Source: Myxococcales bacterium
GTDB taxonomy: Bacteria; Myxococcota_A; UBA9042; JABWCM01; BTVJ01
Assembly (NCBI GenBank): GCA_045863395.1
Contig: BTVJ01000026.1
Span: 11,593 to 75,592, forward strand
Direction of reading: 5' to 3'
DNA length: 64,000 nucleotides
Part shown: in pieces, positions 18,304 to 27,754 of the stretch
How positions within the stretch are numbered: position 1 is the first letter of the stretch
Layout: each line of letters begins with the position of its first letter
The notes under the pieces: model-generated
Database searches by the model: none
The model's input: only the letters and a program-made list of their open reading frames with translations
Told to the model about the DNA's origin: nothing
Made by a program: the position numbers and the translations under genes

Positions 18304-19127
18304 TGAGGCGCCCCTCGTCGGGCGGCTTCACGCTGCTCGAGGTGATGATCGCGATGGGGATCCTGGCCATGGCCTTCGTCGCCATCGGGACCACCACGTC
18401 GACGTCCGTCGTCGGGTCGGCCAAGGTCTATCGCATGACGACGGCCGCGCTGCTGCTGCGCGGCATCGTGCTGGACATCGAGGAGGAGTACAAGATCGAG
18501 GGGTTCCCCACCAACGACCTGACCGGGCGTGACTGCGACCTGCCGTCACCCTTCGACCGTGACTTCCAGTGCGAGTACGACCTGGAGGGCATGCTGTTCG
18601 AGGAGGGCCAACTGGAGATGGTCGCGCAGGAGGCGCTCGCACAGCTCACCGGCGGGCAGGACCCCATGCAGTACATGCAGTCGCTCAAGCAGCAGGGCGG
18701 CCGCGGCGGCGCGGAGGGGGGCCTCCCGGGCATGGAGGCGGTCCAGAGCCAGTTCTCGTCGTTCTCCGCGCTGGCCATGCTGATGACGCCGGAGGGGCAG
18801 CAGCTCGGCGAGATCTGCGGCGTGAACCTGGCCGGGATCATCATGGGCGTGGTGGGAGTGACCCAGTTCTTCCCCGTGATCGTGCAGAAGGCGGCGGAGC
18901 AGACCCGAAAGCTGACCGTGCGGCTCACGTGGAAGGAGGGGCGCCGCAAGGACCGGAAGCTCGAGATCGAGACGTTCATCGTCGTGACCCCCGAGGAGCA
19001 GGACGAGCTGATGAAGGCGCTCGGCCGCGCGGAGGAGGGGGGGATGCTCGACGGCCAGGCGCTGCCGGGTGACGGGCGGGGAGGCCAGCCCGCGCAGCCT
19101 GTCCAGCCTGCCGGCGGGGGGCGCTGA
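18303..19127 (+). CDS. gspI: Type II secretion minor pseudopilin GspI-like (long, low-complexity C-terminus)
   Basis: ATG 18303 overlaps the gspH stop (ATGA). N-terminus MRRPSSGG|FTLLEVMIAMGILAMAFVAI is prepilin-like. The ORF-track start 17910 gives an implausible Gly/Arg-rich extension. Confidence 0.65.
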   Translation: MRRPSSGGFTLLEVMIAMGILAMAFVAIGTTTSTSVVGSAKVYRMTTAALLLRGIVLDIEEEYKIEGFPTNDLTGRDCDLPSPFDRDFQCEYDLEGMLFEEGQLEMVAQEALAQLTGGQDPMQYMQSLKQQGGRGGAEGGLPGMEAVQSQFSSFSALAMLMTPEGQQLGEICGVNLAGIIMGVVGVTQFFPVIVQKAAEQTRKLTVRLTWKEGRRKDRKLEIETFIVVTPEEQDELMKALGRAEEGGMLDGQALPGDGRGGQPAQPVQPAGGGR

Positions 19128-20023
19128 TGGTCCCCCGCTTTGGCCGGCGCGGCTTCACGATGATCGAGATCCTGGTGGCGGTGGGCCTGCTCGCCGTCAT
19201 GACGGCGATCATCTACCAGGCCTACCGCATCACCATCCGTGCGCAGACGGAGACGGACAAGCTCCAGGAGCGCTACCACACGGCGCGGGTCGCGCTGATG
19301 CACATGACCCGTGAGATCTCCATGGCCTTCCTGTCCAAGCACATCAACGCCGACGAGGGGCGCAGCAAGACGCTGTTCGATGGGGGGCGAGAGAAGCTGA
19401 CGTTCACCTACCTCGGGCACCAGCGACGGGTGAAGGACGTCAAGGAGAGCGATCAGGGGGTCGTCGAGTACTACTTGCGCTCGTGCAAGGACAGCGCGCG
19501 GCCCGGCAAGTGCCTGTTCCGGCGGGGGAAGCCCATCGTCGACGCAGACCCGGAGAAGGGCGGCACGGTGGACGTGCTCGCCGAGGGGGTCAAGAGCCTC
19601 AAGTTCGAGTACTGGGACCGCGAGAAGGAGGACTGGAAGAGCGAGTGGGAGGTCAGCAGCGACGACTTCGAGGTGGCGCCCGGGCAGATGCTCGACGAGG
19701 AGATCACCGACGAAGAGAAGTCCATGCAGCTCCCGTGGAGGGTGAAGATCCGACTCGTGCTGGTCGACGACGACAAGGATGAGCACACCTTCGAGACGCA
19801 GACCGCGCTCATGCTGCGGGAGCCTCTGGACTTCACGCTCGGTGGGGTGGTCACCAACCTTCGCGGGGCCCTCGGTGGCCGCGACGGAGGCGCGCAGCCT
19901 GCCGGCGCCGGGTTTGGGATCCCCGGGCAGCCCGGAGTGCCCGGGCAGCCCGTCCAACCGGCTGGCGGTCATGGCGGAGGCGCTCAGCCCCTGGCGGCGC
20001 CCAACCCGGGTGGGGGGCGGTGA
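19127..20023 (+). CDS. gspJ: Type II secretion minor pseudopilin GspJ-like
   Basis: ATG 19127 overlaps the gspI stop. N-terminus GRRG|FTMIEILVAVGLLAVMTAI. Confidence 0.7.
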   Translation: MVPRFGRRGFTMIEILVAVGLLAVMTAIIYQAYRITIRAQTETDKLQERYHTARVALMHMTREISMAFLSKHINADEGRSKTLFDGGREKLTFTYLGHQRRVKDVKESDQGVVEYYLRSCKDSARPGKCLFRRGKPIVDADPEKGGTVDVLAEGVKSLKFEYWDREKEDWKSEWEVSSDDFEVAPGQMLDEEITDEEKSMQLPWRVKIRLVLVDDDKDEHTFETQTALMLREPLDFTLGGVVTNLRGALGGRDGGAQPAGAGFGIPGQPGVPGQPVQPAGGHGGGAQPLAAPNPGGGR

Positions 20024-21270
20024 TGGGTGGGCGCACCAGGGACGAGCGTCCCCTGCGCGACGGGTGGGACCGGATCCGACCGCTGCTCGCCGCGGACGTG
20101 GCGCGCCGCGGGCGAGGCGTGGCGCTGCTCATCGTCATGGTCATGGTGGCGGTGCTCGCGGCCTTCAGCGCGGAGTTCAGCTACAACACCCGGGTCAACC
20201 TGCGCATGGCGTCGAACCTGGAGCGCGACGTCCAGGCCTACTACCACGCTCGCAGCGCCATCGAGGTGGCGCGCATGGTCATCCGCGGGCAGGCGATGCT
20301 CAACCAGGTGCTCAGCCTGATGGCCGCCGGGGGCGGCGGCGCGCAGAACATCGAGCTGTGGAGCTACGCCTGCAAGTTCGCAGAGATCTACAACACCGGC
20401 AAGGTGGACCTCTTCGGCAAGGAGATGTTCGACCTGTCGGGTCAGGCGGGCATCGGCGTGAAGAACGGGAGCTTCACGTGCACGGCCGACGCGGAGGACG
20501 GTCGGGTCAACGTGAACTTTGGCGAGACGGTCGAGGCGAAGAAGGCCATGTTCGCGGAGCTGTTCGGGTTCCTGCGGGGCCCGCGCATCGAGGGCCATGG
20601 CCTGACGGACGACGACGAGGAGATCATCGACACCCTGCTCAACATCATGGACTGGGTCGACCCGGACGAGGTGAGGACGGACTTCAACCCCCTCGATGGA
20701 TCGTTCCAGGAGGGTGGCGGCTCGGGGGAGGACTTCGACTACTCGAAGTACGACTATGGGGCCAAGAACGCCAAGTTCGATTCGGTGGAGGAGCTGCGCC
20801 TCGTGGAGGGCATGGACGACGAGATGTTCTGCAAGCTGCGGGACAAGGTGACCGTCTACTCCACGGAGAAGCTCAACGTGAACACGGCGGACATGGGGCT
20901 GATCAATGCGGTGCTGTGCCAGTCGCTGCCGACGGACCAGCAGCTCACCATGTGCCTGCCGAACGCGGCGCTCGGGGGCATCACGCCCATGGACGCCGTG
21001 GGCGCCGTCGTGGACCAGTGCCGCGAGATCAAGAAGATGCTGATGATGACGCCCTTCAACAACACGCAGAAGTTCCAGCAGGTGGTCAATGGGGTGTCCG
21101 CGTACCTGCAGGCGCCCATCCAGGTGCCGGCGACGGCGCTCCAGCACTTCGGGACCAAGAGCCGCGTCATCCGCATCTCTGCGTCGGGCACCGTCGGGCA
21201 CACCACCAAGACCTTGACCGGCGTGATCGACACTGGGAGCGGCAAGTATGTATATTGGCGCGAAGACTGA
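20023..21270 (+). CDS. gspK: Type II secretion protein GspK-like
   Basis: ATG 20023 overlaps the gspJ stop (GTG 20020 also possible). N-terminal TM helix GVALLIVMVMVAVLAAFSAEF and GspK-like length (about 415 aa). Confidence 0.75.
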   Translation: MGGRTRDERPLRDGWDRIRPLLAADVARRGRGVALLIVMVMVAVLAAFSAEFSYNTRVNLRMASNLERDVQAYYHARSAIEVARMVIRGQAMLNQVLSLMAAGGGGAQNIELWSYACKFAEIYNTGKVDLFGKEMFDLSGQAGIGVKNGSFTCTADAEDGRVNVNFGETVEAKKAMFAELFGFLRGPRIEGHGLTDDDEEIIDTLLNIMDWVDPDEVRTDFNPLDGSFQEGGGSGEDFDYSKYDYGAKNAKFDSVEELRLVEGMDDEMFCKLRDKVTVYSTEKLNVNTADMGLINAVLCQSLPTDQQLTMCLPNAALGGITPMDAVGAVVDQCREIKKMLMMTPFNNTQKFQQVVNGVSAYLQAPIQVPATALQHFGTKSRVIRISASGTVGHTTKTLTGVIDTGSGKYVYWRED

Positions 21271-21324
21271 CGGTCAGGCATGCTCGGGCGGGTGCGTGGC
21301 CACGGGCAGCAGGCAGGGCAGGGC

Positions 21325-23502
21325 ATGAGTCAGAGGATCCTCGGGCTGGACATCGGTTCCTCCTCGGTCAAGGCCGTGGTGCTGGAGACGTCGTTCCGGT
21401 CGTTCCAGCTCGTCAGCTTCGCCGAGCGGAGCGTCCGCGACGTCCCGGACGAATCGGAGCGGGACGCACGCAAGGAGGTGCTGCGGCAGATGGTCGCCAC
21501 GGGCGAGGCGCGGGCCGAGGTGGTCATGTGCGCGCTCCCCGGCGACAAGGTCATGAGCCGCATCCTGACGTTGCCGTTCGGTGAGCCCAAGCGCATCGAG
21601 GCGGTGCTCGGCTTCGAGCTGGAGTCCTTCCTGCCCATGGGCGTGGACCAGATGGTCTACGATTACCAGATCCTTCATCGGGGGGAGGACAAGACCACGG
21701 TTCTGGCTGCGGCGGTCCAGCGGACCTTCCTGTCCGAGTTCTTGGAAGACCTGAAGGAGATCGGCCTCGATCCGAAGATCGTCAGCCTGGACTCACTGAG
21801 CTACCTGAACCTCTGGGAGCACCTCAAGCGGACCGCTCCGGGCCCCGTTGCCATCGTCGACGTCGGGGCTCGCACGACGCAGGTGTGCGTCTTGGAGGAC
21901 GGCCGCGCCCAGCTCGTGCGCACCATGCGCGTCGCGGGGGACGCCGTCACGGCGGCGCTCGCGCGGAGCCTGGAGGTGGAGTGGGCCGAGGCGGAGCGCA
22001 TCAAGTGCGACCGGGGGCTGCTGCCGGCGAGCGGCATGGCCCTGTCCCCCGACGACCGGCGCATCGCCGACGCCTGTGCGGAGGGGGTGAAGCCGCTGCT
22101 CCGCGATCTGCGCCAGACGTTCCAGGCGTACCTTGCCCAGTCGGGGCGAGAGGGCATCGGGCGGGTCCTGCTGTGCGGCGGGAGCTCGCGCCTGTTGGGG
22201 GTCCAGGAGCACCTGGAGGAGCAGCTCGGCGTCGACGTGGAGCTGCTCGACGTAGCCTCCACGGACTTCAACAAGCTCGCCGACCCCACGGCGGGCGCCG
22301 GTATCATCCAGAAGGCGTTGGCGCTGTCACTGCGGGCCGTGGGCGGGCGCTCGCACTCGGATCTCAACTTCCGGCAGGGGCCCTACGCCTACCAGGGCGA
22401 CTTCCAGTTCCTGCGGGACAAGACCTTCTACCTGATCGCCCTCGCCTTGATGCTGATGGGCGTCGCGGGCTTCAAGGCATACGCGCGCTATCGCGTCCTC
22501 GATGACCGCCGCCAGGCGCAGGTGGTGGAGCTGGCGAAGTTCTCGAAGGAGGTGCTCGGCAAGGAGCGCGACGACTACGACGCGGTCTTGCGGACCCTCG
22601 GTGACGTGCCGGACGTGGAGGACCTGCGCATCTTCCCCGAGGTGTCTGCGACGCAGGTGTTCTACGACATCACGTCGGCGCTCCAGAGCGTCAACTATAC
22701 GTCGAAGGCGGACCTGGCGCAGGCGGTGGTCGGCGGGAAGGCTGCCTCGCGCCCGGCTGCTGGCGCGCTCCCGGGCGCCGAGGGAGACGAAGGGAGGGCG
22801 CCTGCCCCCATTCGGCCTCCCGGTCCAGCCCAGGCGGACCTGCCGATCAGCGTGGAGGACCGCGCGGCGCGCCTGGAGCGGCTGCGGGAGGCCCGGGATG
22901 CGGCCGAGGCGACGGGGCGCCTCCACACGACGCGTGGGCCGGACCTGGAGCGGCTGCGCGCCGAGCGTCTCCAGCAGCTCCGCGGTGGTCAGGTCGGGAC
23001 CGGGGTCGGCGGCATGGCGGCGCCCGCGCGGGGCGTGGTGCTCCCCCCGACGCCGACGGTGCTTCCGCCCGCTCCGGCGATCCCTGGGGCGAGCGTCCGA
23101 GCCAACCGCGACGCGGTCCGCGTAGCGGAGGAGCCCCGGGGTGCCCTTGCCGCGCCGGGCGCCATGCCGCGCGATGGTGAGGTGCGTCCCGAGGGGGAGG
23201 CGCCGCCGGCAGAGGGCGGCGCGCCTGCGAATGACAACCTCCAGGTGGAGCTGGAGGAGGTCCGCATCGAGGAGTCCTCCGCCTACGTCAAGGGCCAGGC
23301 CAACACCATCGAGGCGCTGGAGCTCTTTGCGCAGCGGCTCGAGGCGCACCGGTGCTTGCGGGACGTGGTGACGGCGGACACGGACAAGGTGACCTTCGCG
23401 CGGCACCAGGGCTGGCTGATGTTCAAGCTGGAGATGGCGCTCGACTGCCGAGACCCGAAGAAGGCAGCGAAGAAGGACAAGAAGACCGGGGAGGCGGAGT
23501 GA
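21325..23502 (+). CDS. gspL: Type II secretion protein GspL-like (actin-like cytoplasmic domain, TM helix, long Pro/Ala-rich periplasmic region)
   Basis: Start at ATG 21325 (MSQRILGLDIGSSSVKAVVLE, an actin/PilM-like fold motif); TM segment FYLIALALMLMGVAGF. Confidence 0.75.
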   Translation: MSQRILGLDIGSSSVKAVVLETSFRSFQLVSFAERSVRDVPDESERDARKEVLRQMVATGEARAEVVMCALPGDKVMSRILTLPFGEPKRIEAVLGFELESFLPMGVDQMVYDYQILHRGEDKTTVLAAAVQRTFLSEFLEDLKEIGLDPKIVSLDSLSYLNLWEHLKRTAPGPVAIVDVGARTTQVCVLEDGRAQLVRTMRVAGDAVTAALARSLEVEWAEAERIKCDRGLLPASGMALSPDDRRIADACAEGVKPLLRDLRQTFQAYLAQSGREGIGRVLLCGGSSRLLGVQEHLEEQLGVDVELLDVASTDFNKLADPTAGAGIIQKALALSLRAVGGRSHSDLNFRQGPYAYQGDFQFLRDKTFYLIALALMLMGVAGFKAYARYRVLDDRRQAQVVELAKFSKEVLGKERDDYDAVLRTLGDVPDVEDLRIFPEVSATQVFYDITSALQSVNYTSKADLAQAVVGGKAASRPAAGALPGAEGDEGRAPAPIRPPGPAQADLPISVEDRAARLERLREARDAAEATGRLHTTRGPDLERLRAERLQQLRGGQVGTGVGGMAAPARGVVLPPTPTVLPPAPAIPGASVRANRDAVRVAEEPRGALAAPGAMPRDGEVRPEGEAPPAEGGAPANDNLQVELEEVRIEESSAYVKGQANTIEALELFAQRLEAHRCLRDVVTADTDKVTFARHQGWLMFKLEMALDCRDPKKAAKKDKKTGEAE

Positions 23503-24146
23503 TGGCGTCCGAGGGAAGGTTCGCCGCATTTGATCGCCTGTCGACCCGCGAGAAGCTGATGGTCGGCGGACTCGGGGCCTTCTTCCTGGTCGGGGTCGTC
23601 CTCGTCGTCGTGTTGGTAGTGAGCAGCTACCTGTCGGGGATCGAGGAGGAGATTGCGGACGCCGAGGAGAAATCCAAGAAGCTCCAGGCGGCGGCCTCGA
23701 CCTACCTGGAGGTGAAGTCCAAGGAGGAGGCCCTGCTCGACCTGCTGCAGAACAACCCCATCGTCAGCCTCCGGATCCCCATCAACAACCTGGCCAAGAG
23801 CGTCACGCTGCCGGACAACACGACCCTGAGCGACGTCATCCGCTTCGAGGGCAAGACGGTGGAGACGCCCATCGCCGCGTTCGGAGACAAGAAGGGCAAG
23901 AAGAAGCCCAAGAAGAAGGGCAAGGGCGAGGAGGACACGGGGCCCCAGACCTTGAAGATCGAGCAGGACTTCGAGTTCCGGGACGTCCCGATCGCGTCGC
24001 TGTTCGACTTTCTGGAGAACATCGAGAAGAGCCCCGACCTGCTGTTCGTGACGAAGCTGGAGATCCGCCGGAAGTTCGGCGACTACGACAAGGCCCAGTC
24101 CGCCTTCGTAACGGTCTCCACGTACAAGCGGACGGGGACGCCATGA
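23502..24146 (+). CDS. gspM: Type II secretion protein GspM-like
   Basis: ATG 23502 overlaps the gspL stop (ATGA). Single N-terminal TM helix (LMVGGLGAFFLVGVVLVVVLVV), about 214 aa, position after gspL. Confidence 0.65.
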   Translation: MASEGRFAAFDRLSTREKLMVGGLGAFFLVGVVLVVVLVVSSYLSGIEEEIADAEEKSKKLQAAASTYLEVKSKEEALLDLLQNNPIVSLRIPINNLAKSVTLPDNTTLSDVIRFEGKTVETPIAAFGDKKGKKKPKKKGKGEEDTGPQTLKIEQDFEFRDVPIASLFDFLENIEKSPDLLFVTKLEIRRKFGDYDKAQSAFVTVSTYKRTGTP

Positions 24147-25879
24147 GCAGCATCTGGAAGACCATCGCCAGGGGCTTCGGCTACCTGATCTTCTTCGTCG
24201 TGGCGCTGGTCTTCTTCGTCTACGTCACCTTCCCCATGGAGCAGGTGCGCGGCTACGTGGAGTACCAGGCGCAGAAGCGCCTGAAGATGGACGTCCGAAT
24301 CGGCGAGCTGGCGCTGAAGGGCCTCGGTGGGGTGGAGCTCTGGGACGTCGTCGTCGTGCTCCCCGAGAAGCCGAAGGAGCCGTCGGCGGCGGAGGAGGCG
24401 GGTGTGACGCGCCCCGGCGGCCCGGCGACCGAGGCGCCGCCAGCCGCTCCGAGGGCGCCGGCCGCGGCGAAGCCGGTCGATGCCGCCAAGGCGGGCGCTA
24501 CGCCCAAGGCGCCCCCCAAGGCGCTCCCCAAGGATGCCGCCGCTTCCGAGGGAGACGCCAAGACGGACAAGAAGCCCAAGGGCCTGCGGGTGAAGATCGA
24601 CCACGTGGACGTCAGCGTCAGTCTCCTCGACGTGCTCTTCGGCAAGGAGCCGGACGTGCGCATCGACGCGGAGCTGCTGGGCGGGTCCATCTCGGACGCT
24701 CACGTCAGGAAGGATGGAAAGAAGATCCGCATCGAGGCCAAGGAGGTGAGCGGCCTCGATCTCACCGCGACGCCGCTGCTCGGCTACGTCGGTCCCTTCG
24801 ACGTGCGGGGCAAGCTGTCCGGGAGCATCGACTTCACCTGGGGCGGGAGCCTGTGGGACAGCGCAGGCACCATCGAGCTGGCCCTGGCCCAGTCGTCCAT
24901 CCGCCAGCCGGAGCTCAAGTCCAAGGCGTACGGGGACTTCAAGCTCACGGACGTCAAGACCGGCGCCCTCGCCGTGAAGGTGGCGGTCGGGAAGAAGGCG
25001 GACATCGCGACGCTGCGCGCGGCCCCCGGCCCCAAGGACGCCACGGTCGTTCACCTGGAGAAGGTGGAGTCGAGCGGCGAAGACGCGGAGCTGGTCACCG
25101 AGGAGCGGAGCGTGTTCGTGCTGCGCAAGGGCAAGCCGTTTGGAGACGCGTCCATGACCGTGGAGATCGCCTTCGCCCTGTCGGAGCCCTTCTTCGAGCG
25201 GGAGGTGGTGCGCCAGGGGGAGAAGGAGAAGCCCAACAAGTTCCTGAAGTACCTCCTCGAGCACGACGCCAAGTGGAAGAAGGCAGAGAAGAACGGGTTC
25301 TATGGCCTCCGGTGCACCGGCGTGGTCAAGCGGCCCGAGTGCCTCCCGGTGCGGCCCACGATGCGCGTGGGCTTTGCGAAGGCGCGCACCGATGGCGGAG
25401 AGGAGCCCGCCAAGGACGCCCCCGAGAAGGGCGACGCGTTGGACACGAAGCGTCCCGAGACGCCGGCGCCGAGCGCCCGCGGGGACCAGCGGGAGCCGGG
25501 GGCGCGACCGACGCTGGGGACGGTGCAGGACCTGCCGCGGGAGCGCCCGACCCAGGTCGAGGCGGAGCCCGTGGATGAAGGGCCGCAGCCGAAGGTGCCG
25601 CGCATCCGCACGCCGGCGACCGGCGTCGACCCCAAGGTGCGCATCGAGCAGCTCAAGGCGGAGCGGGAGCAGCGGCTGCAGGAGATGCGCGCCGCCCGGG
25701 GGCTGCCCCCGGAGCCCGTAGCCGAGCCTCTGCCCGAGGACGCGCCGCTGCCTCTGGACGAGGAGCTGGTCGACGAGGTGCCACTGGACGAAGTGCCTCT
25801 GGATGACGCTCCCCACGTGGAGGGAGCCATCGACGAGCTGCCCTTGGACGAAGACCCCAACTTCGACCCGGACCGCTGA
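24143..25879 (+). CDS. gspN: Type II secretion protein GspN-like with long Pro/Ala/Lys/Glu-rich insert
   Basis: ATG 24143 overlaps the gspM stop. N-terminal TM helix (GYLIFFVVALVFFVYVTF); last gene of the operon. Confidence 0.6.
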   Translation: MSSIWKTIARGFGYLIFFVVALVFFVYVTFPMEQVRGYVEYQAQKRLKMDVRIGELALKGLGGVELWDVVVVLPEKPKEPSAAEEAGVTRPGGPATEAPPAAPRAPAAAKPVDAAKAGATPKAPPKALPKDAAASEGDAKTDKKPKGLRVKIDHVDVSVSLLDVLFGKEPDVRIDAELLGGSISDAHVRKDGKKIRIEAKEVSGLDLTATPLLGYVGPFDVRGKLSGSIDFTWGGSLWDSAGTIELALAQSSIRQPELKSKAYGDFKLTDVKTGALAVKVAVGKKADIATLRAAPGPKDATVVHLEKVESSGEDAELVTEERSVFVLRKGKPFGDASMTVEIAFALSEPFFEREVVRQGEKEKPNKFLKYLLEHDAKWKKAEKNGFYGLRCTGVVKRPECLPVRPTMRVGFAKARTDGGEEPAKDAPEKGDALDTKRPETPAPSARGDQREPGARPTLGTVQDLPRERPTQVEAEPVDEGPQPKVPRIRTPATGVDPKVRIEQLKAEREQRLQEMRAARGLPPEPVAEPLPEDAPLPLDEELVDEVPLDEVPLDDAPHVEGAIDELPLDEDPNFDPDR

Positions 25880-25888
25880 TCAGGGTCC

Positions 25889-26653
25889 TCAGGGCTTGCG
25901 GTCGTGCCGCACTGTCCCGTCTGTCTCCGTCGCGCCTTGACCCGAGCGGGCGAACTCCCGGCGGTGCACTGCCTCCACCTCCACCGTCCCCGTCTCCAGA
26001 TCGAAGTGGAGCTGACGCACCGCGTGTGACGCGATGGCGAGCAGCGGGGTGCCGTCCAGCGCCTCGGTGCGCGTCGTCGAGCGCACGTCGGCCTCGATGA
26101 CGCCCAGCGTGCGCTCGCCTGCGTTGAGCGTGCCCAGGAAGGTGACCGTCTCCGACTGCTTGCCGGTCGTCTTCGTGCCGTCTCCGCCCAGCCGGACGAC
26201 GGGGTTCTCGCTCGACCAGCTCTCGCCCGGAGCGAGCGCCCGCTTGGGCGCGTCGAGGGCCGTCTTGTCCAGGCGGTAGTCCTGGAGCAGGGCCCGCTTC
26301 GCGTCGTCGGCGAGAGGCTGAGGCTTGCCGTCGAGGGTGGCCTTCGCATCCATGGACACGACCTTCCAGGACAGCGAGCCGTCGGGCCCCTTGGCGATCT
26401 CGGAGGTGGCGTTCGCCGTGACCGCCCACACCTGGTGGGACGGCTGGAGGCGCGTGACCGTGCCCGTGAGCTGTGTCGCGTAGCTGCCGTGCAGTGGGAA
26501 CCGAGGGGACGGGACCACGAGCGGGGAGCCGGAGGTGACCAGGCCGGCGGGGGGCGGGAGCGACGCGTCCAGCTCGGAAGGGGAGGGCACCTTCAGGGTC
26601 GCGCAGGCGCCCAGAAGCGCGCACGCGACGAGCGCCGGGAGTGCGCGAAGCAT
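25889..26653 (-). CDS. Lipoprotein, function unknown
   Basis: AAGGAG RBS; N-terminus MLRALPALVACALLGAC (lipobox L-G-A-C). Downstream of the Cys-rich lipoprotein gene on the same strand. Confidence 0.6.
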   Translation of the reverse strand: MLRALPALVACALLGACATLKVPSPSELDASLPPPAGLVTSGSPLVVPSPRFPLHGSYATQLTGTVTRLQPSHQVWAVTANATSEIAKGPDGSLSWKVVSMDAKATLDGKPQPLADDAKRALLQDYRLDKTALDAPKRALAPGESWSSENPVVRLGGDGTKTTGKQSETVTFLGTLNAGERTLGVIEADVRSTTRTEALDGTPLLAIASHAVRQLHFDLETGTVEVEAVHRREFARSGQGATETDGTVRHDRKP

Positions 26654-26674
26654 CGGGGGCTCCTTGGTGGCGAC

Positions 26675-27625
26675 CTACTGGCCGCCGCAGTACTTCTTGC
26701 CGGCGTTGTTTTCGTTGCAGCTCGTGTAGTCGGGCGAGATGGTCTTGCAGCCGTCCAGGCCGCCAAGTCCGGTGGAGCTGTCGCAGCGGATTGCGCAGTG
26801 GTCGATCTGGCCCTTGCTGCCCTCCGGCTTCACGCACGTGAAGTACAGCTTGGCGGCCGGGTCGTCGTCCTTGGAGCACTCGGGCGTGAATCCCGGACAG
26901 CCTCCGCACCGCTTCGCGCACACCTTGAACTTGCCACCGGTGACGTTGGGGTTGGTGTCCGTGCACAGCCCGTGGATGCAGTCACCGTTCTCCTGGCAAG
27001 GCTCGCCCGGGAGCAGGCCGTCAGGGTTCGGCGCGTCTTCGGTGTTGTAGCAGCCCGCGCCCGGGTTCACGGGCGTGACGCCGCCGTCGCCCCCGGACGC
27101 ATCGGACCCACCCCCGCCCGACCCGTCCCCTCCTCCGCTGCCGCTGCCGTCCGCGCCGCCCCCGTTGAGCGCGCTGTTCACGCAGATCTTGCTGGCTCCG
27201 ATCCCGACGTTCTTGCACGCGTCGTAGCCGAGCTGCGCCTTGGTGCAATCTGAATCGGAGGTGCAGGAGATGACGCACCGCCGGAGCTGCTGCCCCAGGT
27301 CGTTCTTGTAGGGCAGGCACGTGTAGAACACCCCCTCCGCCTCGAGATCCAGGGTCTTGCACTCGATGGGCAGGGGGCACACGCCGGAGCACGAGCGGAT
27401 GCAGATCTTCTTCGTCGGAGACGCGAACTTGTCGGTGCCGCAGACATTGCTCTGGCACTCCTCGTTCTTCTCGCACGGCACGCCGGCGACCTTGCCCGAC
27501 TCCTGGGGGGCGGGTGAGTCGCAGTAGTCGGCCGTCCCCCCGCCCGACGAGCTGTCACACGCAGCGCTCGGCCCGAGCAGCGCGAAGGCGGCCACGGCGA
27601 GGGCCCAGGTGCAGGTTGGCTTCAT
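26675..27625 (-). CDS. Cys-rich lipoprotein with two tandem Cys-rich domains separated by a Gly/Ser/Asp linker
   Basis: True start is the ATG at 27625 (GGAGAT RBS; MKPTCTWALAVAAFALLGPSAAC, lipobox S-A-A-C). The 824-aa track ORF 26675..29149 is real only in this 3' third; the rest is antisense to the CorC gene. Confidence 0.7.
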   Translation of the reverse strand: MKPTCTWALAVAAFALLGPSAACDSSSGGGTADYCDSPAPQESGKVAGVPCEKNEECQSNVCGTDKFASPTKKICIRSCSGVCPLPIECKTLDLEAEGVFYTCLPYKNDLGQQLRRCVISCTSDSDCTKAQLGYDACKNVGIGASKICVNSALNGGGADGSGSGGGDGSGGGGSDASGGDGGVTPVNPGAGCYNTEDAPNPDGLLPGEPCQENGDCIHGLCTDTNPNVTGGKFKVCAKRCGGCPGFTPECSKDDDPAAKLYFTCVKPEGSKGQIDHCAIRCDSSTGLGGLDGCKTISPDYTSCNENNAGKKYCGGQ

Positions 27626-27754
27626 GATGATCTCCTCTTCGTTCGGGGGTGCCACGGCGTCGTGGTGCGGGAGTATAGCCCACGGGTCCGCTCCACGACA
27701 ATCGCCGCGTAGGCCCACGCCGCGGAACGCTCCCGCCGGCCCCCATTTTCCTTT

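Noticed and set aside
14041-19972. Long minus-strand ORFs (14041..15873, 16495..18258, 18428..19972) across gspE to gspJ
   Set aside because: All are antisense to gsp genes with strong family motifs; compositionally artefactual.
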